Part shown: in pieces, positions 24,031 to 39,773 of the stretch | Numbering within the stretch: the first letter of the stretch is position 1 | How the letters are laid out: each line of letters starts with the position of its first letter | NCBI GenBank assembly: GCA_025786725.1 | Contig: JAHLTZ010000008.1 | Location: forward strand, 62,001-126,000 | Length of the DNA: 64,000 bases | Direction: 5' to 3' | Source: Syncephalis fuscata S228 | Lineage: Eukaryota; Fungi; Zoopagomycota | Program-made: the position numbers and the translations under genes | Notes under the pieces: generated by a model | Told to the model about the DNA's origin: nothing | What the model saw: only the letters and a program-made list of their open reading frames with translations | Databases searched by the model: none

Positions 24031-25804
24031 GTTGTCATAAAATAATAAGTAAAATGTTACTCATCACTAAAAAAATTGAATTAAAGGCCTTGAAAATATG
24101 TTGTGACTGGTTAAAAAGCAGCTGCGGACTGGCTCATAAATACCATAAATAAGGTAGCAGTCAATAGATTCAATTGTAACTAATTGTTTCAAGTGCAAGC
24201 TTCTTGATAAAGCGCAAAAATAACAAGCAAAAGCAATAATAACCGTGTCGATAATTGATAATCAAATTCGTTAAAATAAAACGTAAGTGCACAGCGTCGC
24301 TATTGGTATCGTCAGTGACGCGAAAACTGTGCGGCAGATAGACGTACAGAAGAAAGAAGGCAAATGGGATAGATGATAGATCTGTGAATAGTCGCGATAA
24401 GAGACAAGCAAAAATAGCGGGTTCTTATAGTGTTCTTGTAGTTGGCGTAAAGGCAAAACAGCTGGTTAACGGTTGCCAATTCGTCGTTTCACAAAGTTGC
24501 CCACCCGCTCATGCTATAGGCATAACATTACAGTCAGCCACAGGGAACAACAGGTGACAAGTGAAACGCCGATTAGACAACACGTGAACACTTGTGGATA
24601 GTGAAATGTTGGCGACAGTTGGAGCAGTGTTTGTGTAGTGTATGTTGGTTTTAGCTAAAGGCCTAATATTGTTAAATTGGCCATTAGTGCAACATTCAAT
24701 GGTGTGACCGCGGCGTTTTTTTCGCCATCAATAAATAATATTCCATCAATCTACTTTGCTGTATAACAAAAAATATGACGCAAATAGTCTTTAGAATCAT
24801 ACATTACGCGTGCTAATAATAAATTTTAAGCAACATGTAACTGTGTGTCGTGTAAGCAGAATATTTCATTAATTGCAACAACAAAGCTTATCCCTTATTC
24901 TGGGTAATATAAATGAATAAAACTATTTTGTGCCATTTGTTTGGCACAAACAGAGGCCATATCGCCCAATGAGCAACTTCGTTTTGCAAAGATCATGTGA
25001 ACAATATGTGGAGTCGCCCAATTGTGCACAGATGTACCTATCCTTATTCAGCTTTTAGCGCTATTTTGAGGCCTTGTAACCGCAATGCTTACATTAGGCT
25101 GCTTTACCAATAGCTATTAAATACACAAAATAATTCACCAATTATTGGCTATTGTTTTACTACCTGATATGCCATTACTCCTATACCGTTTTCAGACATT
25201 ACTTTTATCCCACGGCGTTGATATTTACGCAATAATAGTTATTTCTAGTCAAGGCCAAACTCGAAGTTTCACATCCACAAATAGCTGTATATGGCGGGTT
25301 GCTAAACAGTAATACATATTTGGCCTAAATTAGTAGTAGCACTATTTATTGATCAACAAGCAAGGCGTTTTTACGCGTCAGGCCTTTAAACTCAAAGTGT
25401 ACAGGTTAAAAATACCTTTATGCTTAGTAAAAATTTATTGATCTGTCTATAGCTATTAGATGCTGCCAAGTTTTGATAAACGATCAGATAGAGCGCAAAA
25501 TTATAAATAAAAATCAGCATGCCACGCCTTAATTATGATAGATAGATGGATAATCTATTCCAAATGACTGATAATGCAGGATAGTAAACTTCCTACCCCG
25601 TCCCTTACATAGCGGCTTGATCTCCTTTAAAATTTTGGGCCCGCTGTTGCAAACTGCACTCTTGTAGAAACAAACAAGCAAAGTTCTCCCCTTCCTAACA
25701 CGATGGGACCAACATAAAAGCCAATGGTGTACAAAGTCGTTAAATAGGTGATTATTTTTGTTACAAGTTTTATTATTCGAGTTTCAGCGTTTAGTTTAAT
25801 CACA

Positions 25805-26602
25805 ATGCAGTCGCTTAATCTTTGTTCTCTAATTGCCTCGGCCGTGCTTAGTGCCGCACTATTTACTCATGCTGCCAAGCTACTGGCGCCCAAAAGCCCG
25901 TTGCCACCAAACCATGTTGCACCGCTTGTTTCCCGTCTAGGAGGTTTGTGTAGTCTAGGATCGTCATTGGCAGCACAGCCATCCTGTGTCACTGGCCTAG
26001 TTTGCCGAGTAGATCGTAGTCGATCGGACAATGTCGGCATTTGTTCCGAACCCACCCGGGAGTTGAACGGGCTGCCGAGCACCGAGGGCGAGTCGTGTGG
26101 TGGTGTTGTTGCGCCCGTAAAACAGTGTGCTACAGGACTTGTATGCCGTGTTGGAGCGCAAGTGACGTCAGATAGTACGGGAAAATGTACTAAAATAAGC
26201 GCAATGCGTCCCGTCACGCCTGTGCAGTCGCCGTTACCTCGCGCGAATGATGTAGCAAAAGAGCAGCCCAGTGAAATTTGCCCACCAAATCAAAAACTAT
26301 CGCTCGTCAGTGGTAAGTGTACTAGTCTAAACAGTATACCGGCACAAGAGAACGAAGAATGTGGCGGTCCATTCTCTGATGCACGCCAATGTGCCACCGG
26401 GCTTATCTGCCAGTTCCAAATTCCTACACCACCTGATGCTACCGGTCGATGCAAACTACCGCCGGCGCAAGTATTTTCTAAGGAAGGCGAAGAGTGTGGC
26501 GAGTCGTTTTTCCTTGCCAATCAATGTGCAGCAGGACTTGTGTGCAAATACGATGAAGGCGAGTTTATTAACGTCTATGGAAGGTGTGTTCGCACGTCGT
26601 AG
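25805..26602 (+). CDS. Secreted cysteine-rich protein with four 4-Cys repeats (GExCG...QCAxGLVC...GxC; IGFBP-N / small protease-inhibitor-like)
   Basis: Signal peptide MQSLNLCSLIASAVLSAALFTHA; four repeats such as EGESCGGVVAPVKQCATGLVCR...STGKC, separated by Pro-rich linkers. Confidence 0.8.
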   Translation: MQSLNLCSLIASAVLSAALFTHAAKLLAPKSPLPPNHVAPLVSRLGGLCSLGSSLAAQPSCVTGLVCRVDRSRSDNVGICSEPTRELNGLPSTEGESCGGVVAPVKQCATGLVCRVGAQVTSDSTGKCTKISAMRPVTPVQSPLPRANDVAKEQPSEICPPNQKLSLVSGKCTSLNSIPAQENEECGGPFSDARQCATGLICQFQIPTPPDATGRCKLPPAQVFSKEGEECGESFFLANQCAAGLVCKYDEGEFINVYGRCVRTS

Positions 26603-28248
26603 TCCAAGTAAACTGGCCTACATGACAATGATACAAATCTATCATGATTGAGAGTCTCAATGAATTGTAAATATTAGGAATAAATTTGTAACTTTTAATT
26701 ACTCATTTTATTAACATAATTAAATGTTTTTATAATTGTATATCATTATAATGTATAAAAAGTAAAGCTTTACTTTTTATAATCATCCATTTTAATAATA
26801 ATAACAATTGCTCGTTTATTATCTTATTTCTTTCTATTATTATTAGTATAATAATAAATGTGTATTGCGCTCTATTTCATTTTTAATTTTAAGTTTTTAG
26901 ATCCTAACATTTATTAACCAAATAAAATAAAATGTTCCATGCCATAATATTTTGTACATTACTTAAAATTATTGATTTAAACTATTATGATTAAAGCATT
27001 AAATTATAATGTGATTTGGTAGCTAAATGATTACATTTGCCAATATTTGCGCAATTAAACCATTCATCCATTCTACTGAACATGGTGTTGGGTGGCAAAC
27101 AACATCAGCCATAAAAAACCGTCACTATTATAGATTTGCTATTCAGCTATACCACTCTTACTTGATATTTATATTACTATATAACATTCTATTATATAAT
27201 AGATACGTTTTATTCGCCATATATTTCAATCCACTCTATGCATGCCATTCATTGAGTTATATATACACTACAGCTGCAACACTACTACCCATACCTTCGT
27301 TGTATATTTATTTTATTGTATATCATTTCGTCATATAGTGCCGCACACTATTCACAATTGTTGTCTATTTTTTCTAGTTTATTGATTATAAATTAAAACT
27401 TACCGCGCTTATTTGAGCACATATATATGCAATATGACTTTATTGCAGCCTCGTCAATTAAGTCGTAACACCAAGTCAAAGGAAAACGCCAGCCATTAGG
27501 TAGAGTTCATGTGCAATGACCATGTGACGAAATACTGAGAAAGCGCCAAGGTGAGGGATAGAAAAGTAAAGCAAGACTATGCCTACTAAATATGTCAACA
27601 CCACCGCATGTCATTCGGCTATGCATGCAATAATCAACTTGCAGCAGACTGTGTAGAATAGGCATGTCACGATACAACCGTTATATCTTATAGAATATGA
27701 GAATATTTGTTTTCAAGTACATTCCCCGGACTGCACCAAACAATCATGCGTTTACACTTACCTACCGTCCGATACGTGTACACACTTGAATAAATTTAAT
27801 TAATTTTATTGTGGTAAAGCCTCGAAAAACACCATGTCAATATAGTACAGGTGCATAGCCTTGTATATTTGTCGTACAAAGCATGTGACACAGTTACCGA
27901 TTTATTACAATTAATAATGAATCACATGTAGAATAAAGCCTTGAGACTAGGCAAATTAGTAACGACATGGCCGCTATTGTAAACATGCAGACCACTGTTA
28001 TTCAATCAACAATGGTGATGATAATAGCAACAGTAACGCCGACGAAAGCGTCGACGACAGCACCAAGACCAACACTATTCTGCATGGCGTCACAACTTGG
28101 CAAATATCTCTTATAAACGAAGCATTAATTGTGCGTACTTTATTCATCTTCAAGCTTTATATCTTTTGTTTTTATTTTATTATATTTAGCAATTTTCATT
28201 TTATATAGACTACTATCCAACTAACTTGACAGTTGCACGTAGTATAAT

Positions 28249-30240
28249 ATGTTTTGCCATTTCTTTGATCTATTAATACCCTCCAAATGTCGAAAACAAT
28301 GTGCCCGATTACGGCGTCTGTGTCGTCGCAAAAAAATGAAAAGCACAAACACGCAAAGTCAACTACTGAGCAATAGAGTCTATGGAACCGAATTATCGAC
28401 TCTTAATTATTGTCAATATTGCATTTCTAACATAAGTGATCGATGGTCCGAATTACCGACAGAAATACTACTGCAAATTTCCAGCTGGCTGGATCCTTTA
28501 TCAGCATTGGCTCTTTCACGGGCTACTCGGCGCTTGCGTGAAACATTAACGGGTGATAATGTTGGCTGGCGTCAACACTACAAGAAAATGTATCCATTGA
28601 GTAGCTATCGCGAACGAGAGCTATTGACAAAACTACGTCGCAGCAAACGCATTTCCACAATTAGTCGACTAGGACTTGAGACGGCTGACGGCGGCTGGCT
28701 TGAAACAATGGCGAAGCGTGCCTCAACCGAGCATCGATGGCGCACTGACGCTGGCATTATTAGCACGGCCTCGCTGCAGCCACTTGCCATTGCACCTGTG
28801 CATAAACCGGAAAAGAGGTACTTTTCACATGGCTGTAACGAAACTATCGATAGTATCCACGAGGAAAGCAGGCGTAATAGTAGCCGAGGTTCAAGTAGAC
28901 ACTCGAAAAGCCTGTCGGTCAAGTCTTTATTTCCATCCTCGTTGTGGCTACACGCGGCCGTCGAGTTTACCGTTGCACTTTACAATGGAAGACTATACGT
29001 GCGTGGCCAGAAAACATTGACTTGGCGGCGCTTACTACCCGCCATGCCAAAGAAAAATGTACACAGTCCAGCAGTCATTCGGTCAGGCGATGCCGTCACC
29101 GAACTAAAGCATATGGCGATTGAGGGTGTTAAGGTACATGGCCGCTATGTACGTGGTCTTGGTTGCCTCGACTCCGGCGATTATTGGGACTTTTTCTGGG
29201 ATGCACTACCAAGTGATAGTAGTATTGTTGATTGCAAGGCAAAACGAGCATCGAGTACAATAGCGCATCAACTTTCATTTGCCGCTTTCCGCGAAGGTGC
29301 AATGGAAATTGTTGGCGATCAATTGTTACTTCAAGATTTTGGTGCAACATCACCATTAGCAATCTATGATTTACGCTCACTTGCAACTCAGCAAACAAGT
29401 GCTCCTAACATTCCTCGACCGGCTTCGATGGATTGGCTACAAGGTGAACAAGCATCGCTTGCCTCTTACATGGCATCTGAAAGCTTACCCGGCTATTTGT
29501 TGGCCGCTAAGCTTCATGCAACCGCTACTATAATACGATGTTTTTCGCTTGATCTTAACCATTGGTCGGATCCGCTAAAGTTTATGCATGCTGTTGATAT
29601 ACCCATTTATACAAACGGCTCCTGCTCCTGGATTGAGCTGGCTGCCGGCGGTTTCCACAAAGAATGCGCGATCGTCTATGGTTATCAGACAAATTTGTCG
29701 GGCGACAACAGCTTTTTAATGCGGCTTAATCCAACATTGGGTACTTGCGAATGGTATGCAGAAATCACTCAGTTGGAAATTGCTACTGTGCGCGTGCTAC
29801 TCGATTGCCAACGCATTGTTCTACTTTCTAGTGAAAGTCAGCTATTAATTCATGACCTGACGACTGGTCAGCCATTACATCGGTTATCGTTCCAAGTTTC
29901 GCGAGGTCCACGACTCGACACATTAGATCATATATTAGGATCACTACTTCTGGTATCTGACCATGCTGTCAGCACTGAGGATCCCTCTGGACAAACGATT
30001 GTACTTGTCGATGTCGCGCAAGGCCGCGAACTTTGGCGTCGTCGTATTCAACGCACCGAATCCATTGGTCATGAAGATATACCGACAAACATGCAGCGTG
30101 CATCACTTCTTGACGCCACTTTGATGCTGATACCGCCACGGCTAACGGTTTGCGCAACGCATATGCTTGTTTCTACTTTGTCTAGACGCACAATTATTGA
30201 ATTAGCATTTTCGGCAGATAATATTTACAAAGCCTCATAA
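28249..30240 (+). CDS. F-box protein with putative beta-rich C-terminal region (intronless, 663 aa)
   Basis: WSELPTEILLQISSWLDPLSALALSRATRRLRE is an F-box motif. Confidence 0.8.
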   Translation: MFCHFFDLLIPSKCRKQCARLRRLCRRKKMKSTNTQSQLLSNRVYGTELSTLNYCQYCISNISDRWSELPTEILLQISSWLDPLSALALSRATRRLRETLTGDNVGWRQHYKKMYPLSSYRERELLTKLRRSKRISTISRLGLETADGGWLETMAKRASTEHRWRTDAGIISTASLQPLAIAPVHKPEKRYFSHGCNETIDSIHEESRRNSSRGSSRHSKSLSVKSLFPSSLWLHAAVEFTVALYNGRLYVRGQKTLTWRRLLPAMPKKNVHSPAVIRSGDAVTELKHMAIEGVKVHGRYVRGLGCLDSGDYWDFFWDALPSDSSIVDCKAKRASSTIAHQLSFAAFREGAMEIVGDQLLLQDFGATSPLAIYDLRSLATQQTSAPNIPRPASMDWLQGEQASLASYMASESLPGYLLAAKLHATATIIRCFSLDLNHWSDPLKFMHAVDIPIYTNGSCSWIELAAGGFHKECAIVYGYQTNLSGDNSFLMRLNPTLGTCEWYAEITQLEIATVRVLLDCQRIVLLSSESQLLIHDLTTGQPLHRLSFQVSRGPRLDTLDHILGSLLLVSDHAVSTEDPSGQTIVLVDVAQGRELWRRRIQRTESIGHEDIPTNMQRASLLDATLMLIPPRLTVCATHMLVSTLSRRTIIELAFSADNIYKAS

Positions 30241-30740
30241 TTGTTCTGGCCCTACTGTGCACAGATACACCAACAATCATTATTTCATTTTCTTCCGTTT
30301 CTTTCATTTTTCTGGTTTTACTTTTGTTTTTATAATATATGTTTGTTGCATCTATTTCAGTTCATTTCTATGTTTATTCATTATTATTTAATTTTGCAAC
30401 ATGCATTATATTTTAAATAGTAACTGCACTGTTTCGTTTAATATTAAAAAATAACAAACAAACAGCAAATAGCCCGCAGTTTTAAAATCATTCATAATGT
30501 TAACCGCTTTGTATTTACAAAACTGATCAAAATAACTGCATGAAAATTTAGTCATATTAGAATTAATTCAATTATCACATTTAATAATTGCATACTAGTA
30601 TTGTAACTAAACTTTTAATTATTAACAATAATAACAACTTTACAAATAAGCATTATCGCCATCAACAATTATAAAGTAGCCAAATATTTAATTATTATTA
30701 AATGACTGTGCGGATCAAATGTACAACTATAGAATAGCAA

Positions 30741-31077
30741 TTATTTATCATCATTGATATATGCTAATAATAATTTTCTGTAATCTCCTGAAGTTTCTCC
30801 CTAGCAATTAAAACAGTTGGTTAGTATAATGGCCAAAACACTTTAATAAACTTACCTCAATTCGTTTTCGAAGTGACTTTCCATATCGATGAATATACGC
30901 GAGCTTGACGTGTTCCATGAATGGTCCACGATTTCGAACAATCACTCGCGATAGCGACGTTCGTTAGTGCCTAGACCGGCCATGGCTGACTCGAGTAGTT
31001 CAGCAACATAAAGTGGCGCATTCTGCACACATTGTACTAAATATTGATATTAGCTATTGTCAGAAAACTGTATCAAC

Positions 31078-31112
<35 letters not shown>

Positions 31113-31891
31113 ATGCCGATAAACCACGTTGTAGATCGCCGTTAAGTTCCTTTTTAATTATATCTTCAATACGACGTTGATATCGCTGGGCATATGCTTG
31201 AAATACATTGCGCAAATGAGCATCTGACCGACCGACGAGTAGTTGAATAAGTGTAACCTCATCTCGACGAACATCACCATGGAAGCAGCGATGAATAGCA
31301 TCTGCATCGGGAATTGGGTCATACATGCCATTTCATCACGCTGAGCCTTTAGAAATAAATGATCAGAAATGCAAAAACAGCTTCAAAATTAACACTTACT
31401 TGGCAGAGTAGCGTAAAAAGATACTCGGCATTACCGCTAAACTCGCTGCGCATTTCGGCAACCAAATCTTTGTTATATAAACCGCGGAAAGTCTGTGCCA
31501 AATACTGCATATCAGCATTTGGACGACGAATCATTACCTAGTGGTAGCAGCGATGTTTATTAAAACATGGTATATTCGAATTGCTTATTACACTAACCTC
31601 AATGATAACTCCTTCTCGAGTGCCAGCTCCCTTGCTTGCTTCCCTTATTAGCTCTGCATCATATACGCACGGATGCTTACACCCATTAACTAATGCTTTG
31701 CCAAAATCACCGCTTGTTTCCTTCTGTAGGCGTGCTATCATATCTTCCTTCCGGTTATGCTGATACCATTGGGCAATTGATTGTATTTGCGCCCAGTCTC
31801 TGTGGCCAAGGATATGAATGAGCGTTTTTTCGTCGGTGCCAAAGCCTTTACAGGCACGATAAATGGCCTCCGCGTCGTCGCTGGCTGACAT
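30741..31891 (-). CDS. Annexin (four repeats, minimal N-terminal tail), multi-exon, with apparent indel errors
   Basis: DAEAIYRACKGFGTDEKTLIHIL, KETSGDFGKAL, ASKGAGTRE, AMAGLGT, GETSGDYRKLLL. Confidence 0.92.
31080..31109. repeat. (AC)n microsatellite at an annexin intron donor
   Basis: Seen directly. Confidence 0.9.
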
Positions 31892-33313
31892 TTGACTTTT
31901 GTTTGTAAAAAAGTAGTTAAAAAATAAAGTAGTAAGTTTTGGTCGATAAGAAAGATAAGTCTGAGTAAAATGCATGGCTCATCTCAAAGGCCCGTTCCAC
32001 ATTGGTCAAAACGACACGTGTTCTTCGAGAATGATTCATCTGCTTAACGACCACATGTGCACCATGAGCTGATTGAATATAGTTAAATGACTAGTTTTAT
32101 TACAAGTATTGCTCATTGCAAACTTTATTGATATAAAATTTGCCAGTGAATAATGCTGGCCTTAATTAGCACAAAGTAATAGCTTAATTATAGCATTATT
32201 AATTTGATTACCAAATATGGTAATTGAATTAGTTTCAATATGCTAAATTCCATCACAATTATTCTGATCATCTTTATAACCATAATTAATTAGTATGATT
32301 ATTACAGCTATAATTGCTTTAATTCAACTGTTTTATCTTATTAAATATATATTATTTCAGTTTATTAGCGATGTGGCTCTTATTAGAGTTTCTACAGTAT
32401 TTTAAATATCTAATACTGTTATTTAAATAATAATAAATATAATAAAGCTACTAAATACTAGTTACATAATTTTATTGATTTACTATTTATTATTTGAAAG
32501 CTACCTTGTCTGGTTTCTTTTTCTTTCTTTGGTTGCTTAATTAATCCTTCATTTTATGCAAGTGTTTTGTAATTTATCTCCGCATTGGACTATGTCTATT
32601 ATATTCGCTACAGTCGGACTGGACGACTAGCACTATGGCATAGGCATGCAGCAAGGTAGACGTGTGCATGCATGGTTTGGTCGCTTGTTGAAAGAATGTT
32701 TAACGCTTGGGAATTTATAGCAATGTTTGCTGCTGTCGCCACAAGTTTTACTGAAACACAAACTGGTCTACTTGGTCATCAGTACTATATTGATTGTACG
32801 GCTCCACTAGCAATCTATCGTTCTAACTTGTAACGACGTTTAGACGGGACAATATGTGAGACAAGACGTCTGTTCTGGCAAATCATTGGCTGCCTTGCCG
32901 ACTTGACCTGTAGACTGGCTAATACTCACTCATAAGTACTTTTGGTGTATCTTCGTTTTGCTAACGTCACGACCCTGCAAAGCTCGTATTAGCATAAAAT
33001 ACTTACATTATAAACTACAAGACTACTTCAAAAGGCTTTTTAGTTAAATGTGGTCCGAGTGTTGGCCTGTTTTCTAATAGACTGTTATTTGTGAATGGAA
33101 GCTTTTGTATCACCCACCTGGTCATTTGGGCATGTGTGCATTCTTCAGGCCCTTGCCGCATCCACTTGTTCTTTTTATTATTTTACTGCTTATCATTTTT
33201 CTATCTTGACAATAGCGTCACCGTAGCTTTATTGTTTTCTATCAAGGTAAGGGTATTTAAAATTAATAATGGCTAGATAAATATTTTATAATATAATAGG
33301 TAGTACAGTACCG

Positions 33314-34811
33314 ATGCTTACATCTAGTAAACCCGCTGTAGAAGAGAAGCCGTCATTCCTTGGCTATGACTACGAAGAAAATGAGATTGTATTCACGCTC
33401 GATGGTAACGTGAATGGTGGTACACTTAAAGCGCTTGTTGAGCGTTGTACACTTCACGATACACTCGATACGACATTTATTAACAACTTCTTACTTACGT
33501 ATCAATCATTTACGACATCGGAAGAGTTTATGGAGCTGTTATTTAAACGATTTCAAATTCAGCCACCGTCTGGTTTAAGTCCTGAAGACTTGGAGCTATG
33601 GAGCAAGAAGAAGCAAACACCTGTTCGTCTACGGTAAGTTAATTGTACTATTAATACATTATATTATTAGCTAATTTATTGATTTACTCCTTATAGTGTT
33701 TAATATTATAAAGCAATGGCTTGAATCTGGTTATCACGAAGAAATGACTCGGGATTATTGATTAAACTAAATGACTTTATTAAAACAACAATGACACCGT
33801 ATAGTAATACGTGCCATTATTAAACCTTATTGAGATGCGACAAAAGAAATCGACAGATTACACTTTACATAAACTAGTGCGTAATACTAAAGAAGAAGCA
33901 CCACAACCAATATGCCCAAGGATTTGAAGAAGATTGAGCTCTTGATATTGATCCTATCGAGTTTGCACGTCATCTTACTATTATGGACTCGCAGTTGTAT
34001 AACAAGATTACACCTGTTGAATGTTTAAACAAAGCATGGTCCAATAAGAAAATTCGTGCTCTGTTAACATTAAAGCAATGATTGAAATTTCAAATCATCT
34101 TACGCATTGGGTAATTGAATCAATATTGCAAGAGAAGGATGCACGTAAGCGTGCCCAATTGATCCAACATTTTGTAGCCATTGCTGATGTAAGTCCTTAT
34201 TGTAAACATTTGTATTACTAATATCTAATATAGTTTGTTATCATTAGCACTGTATGAGGCTGAATAACTATAACAGTTTAATGGCTATTCTAGCTGGTCT
34301 CAACTCGGCTCCCATTCATCGTTTGAAGCAGACACAGGAACAGGTGTCTACTGAGACGACAGCTGTCCTCGATCTGCTAAAAGCAAGGATAAATCAAGCG
34401 AATAACTTTTCGACTTATCGCGAAAGTCTTCACTTAATTGATTCACCTTGTGTGCCATTTTTGGGTAAGTTACTAATAATAATAATATAACATTACTAAT
34501 ACTACTTTATAGGTGTCTATTTGACGGATTTAACATTTATTGATGACGGTAATCCGGACAAACTAAGTGACACTAATTTGATCAACTTTAGCAAGTACAG
34601 CAAGTGTGCTGATGTGATTACTGAAATCCAGCAATATCAGAATCTGCCATACTGTCTTACAACAGTACCAGAAATCAAAATGTTCCTTGAACATAACTTG
34701 CAAGGTGACCGTGATATACAAGATCTCTATAACATAAGTCTAGAGATAGAACCACGTAGTCAAGAAGATGAAAAGATCGCCCGTCTATTACATGAAAGTG
34801 GCTTCCTTTAA
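33314..34811 (+). CDS. Ras guanine-nucleotide exchange factor (REM + CDC25 domain), multi-exon, with apparent indels
   Basis: [76 protein letters not shown]. Confidence 0.93.
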
Positions 34812-35495
34812 GTAATCATCTCCTTTGTCGTTGTATATCATTTACTATCAGTATTAGATGTCTATTGATCGTGTTAACCATAATGACATGCACTTAATTA
34901 ACTGACTGATTTGACCCTTGGTTAAATATAGTGCAAATTATGCCGATCATTGATTTGTTCGCCGTCTAATAACAACAATGTTATGATAACGAGTAAACTG
35001 AATTTATTTTAATTAACATAATACAGTTTTAGTTTAGTCTAAAGCATATTTACAAATGTGTATATTTATTTTGTTCACTCTTTAGTATAAACAAAATGAT
35101 AGCCATGTATCCGACTCTATGATGTGTCATTTCGCATTATTAAGCAACTTTTATGAGCAACTCGTTAACTATTTATTATTCAGTATGTATGTATATTCTT
35201 TAACCATTCACATTATTTATATTTCATATTCATACTATGATATATTCATTCTATATTCTAATAAATAAAAAGATAAGACATTATACAATACTAATTACTA
35301 CATGTCTCTAGTAACATATCAATTAAACTAAATAACTAATAACTAATATTACATACTTTTGCTTTCTCGTCATCTTAACATTTATAGATATTGTCTGTTC
35401 AATAATACTAATGCGTTGTAAAAAATCAACAAAAACAAACAAATAGCGACTGACAAGTGGAAAGCAAGTGTAAGCAATAGTTTGTTGTGGTATTA

Positions 35496-38324
<2,829 letters not shown>

Positions 38325-38684
38325 AGCCCCGCCACTAGTGGCACCAGTCGTGCGTTTAAATGCCTGTGCAGCCATAGTAAAGTAAAACCGACAAGATCAA
38401 CCAACCAATATAATAGTGACGAGGTGAACAATAATAAAAAAGAACAGCGAATCTGTCCACCACCAATAACTGTGTTGTTAATATCGTGCCAGTATTAGTA
38501 GTAGCAACAGTAAATAGCAACAAAACAATAACACTGTACACTATGGAGAAAGAAACGCGAATCCTTTTAACAGATACAAATGTGTAAAAAAAGAAAGATT
38601 TTATAGACGCGTGTTAATATGCTTTTATAACCACATTCTTGTCTCCGCTTCATTCCATCATAGACTACACTATTGGCACTATGC

Positions 38685-38958
38685 TTAGTCTTCAGTAGTT
38701 GTATCTTGTATAGCTGGTATGTCAGTCTTTTGTGCCTTCTCCTCTTGTTCTTTCCATTGGGTCTCCAAGTGATCTGTTACAAATAAACCAAGCGAGCCAA
38801 TAACTAATCCTCCTAAATAAATAAAAAGTATTAATCTATTAACATAGTACAAAAATAGATTCAATAACTATATATACCTATACCAAAAAGAATACGTGTT
38901 TTGGTGAAAGATTCAAAAAAGTACGAAATATATTGGGTTGAGGTGTTGGTGTAGACAT
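38685..38958 (-). CDS. Small single-pass membrane protein (2 exons), function unknown
   Basis: MSTPTPQPNIFRTFLNLSPK(T)RILFGI|GGLVIGSLGLFVTDHLETQWKEQEEKAQK...; needs one homopolymer indel correction. Confidence 0.55.
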
Positions 38959-39120
38959 ATTGTTATGGTTATGGTTGTTATTGTTAATAGAAAAGTGTAG
39001 AAAGTGAATAAAACAATACTATAAATGATTTACGATGAATCGTGATATTTATTAATATTAAACGTGGATTAAGTAAACATACGCAGCATATTAATGTTTA
39101 TAGTAAGTATTTATTAAAGA

Positions 39121-39530
39121 TTAAGCAGTAGTAAACGAACTTTCAGGTGGAATAGATTCTTTTGGATGTTTTGCTTCCATATGCGCTATTAAAAGTTTGT
39201 AATTCGGTACACCCAACTATAATATAATATGGTTAACTAATCATCCATTTAATCTAATATTATATGTGTCTATATATATATATAACGTATATATACATAT
39301 ATACTAGTGTTATTTGTCAGTACGAATAACTTACCTTGCATTTAGGACATGCAATCTTTAAACCAGCAGCACGGGCACCCAACTGCGATGTGCCACCTTT
39401 ATGTTTATCGGCCAGTTTCTGAGCTTTTTCCCTTTATATAAATGACATATATATGTAATAAGTATTACTATAACACTATATAGTAGTACAACATCTACCT
39501 CGCCTGTTCCTTCTGCTTTCCGCGAGTCAT
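39121..39530 (-). CDS. 4F5/ZNF706-like (At2g23090-like) small zinc-finger protein, 3 exons
   Basis: MTRGKQKEQA|REKAQKLADKHKGGTSQLGARAAGLKIACPKCK|...NYKLLIAHMEAKHPKE. Confidence 0.85.
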
Positions 39531-39773
39531 AGTAATAGCGTGTTATAGTAAAAGTAAAGCAAAGGTAGTTAAAAACAAAGAAAGAAAGAAAGAAGGAATA
39601 TTACAAAGACGATGAGAAAATGACCATCATTTAATGTAAATTAAATATTTAGTAATTTCTATACATTTTGTACACTATTCACTTTTAATAATACTTTTTC
39701 TTTTTTTCTTATTTATTTATACAGTAGTTGTAGTATATCCATTGCTTATCGTGCTTCGTTTCTGTCTTCTTCT

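Larger units (their letters stand above)
17865..25546 (+). repeat. Segmental duplication, copy B
   Basis: Near-identical to 8328-16003; begins at the base following the right MULE TIR. Confidence 0.95.

Noticed and set aside
32590-33250. Moderately GC-rich tract upstream of RasGEF as a possible ncRNA or extra exons
   Set aside because: No convincing ORF or recognisable RNA motif by eye; probably promoter or 5' UTR.
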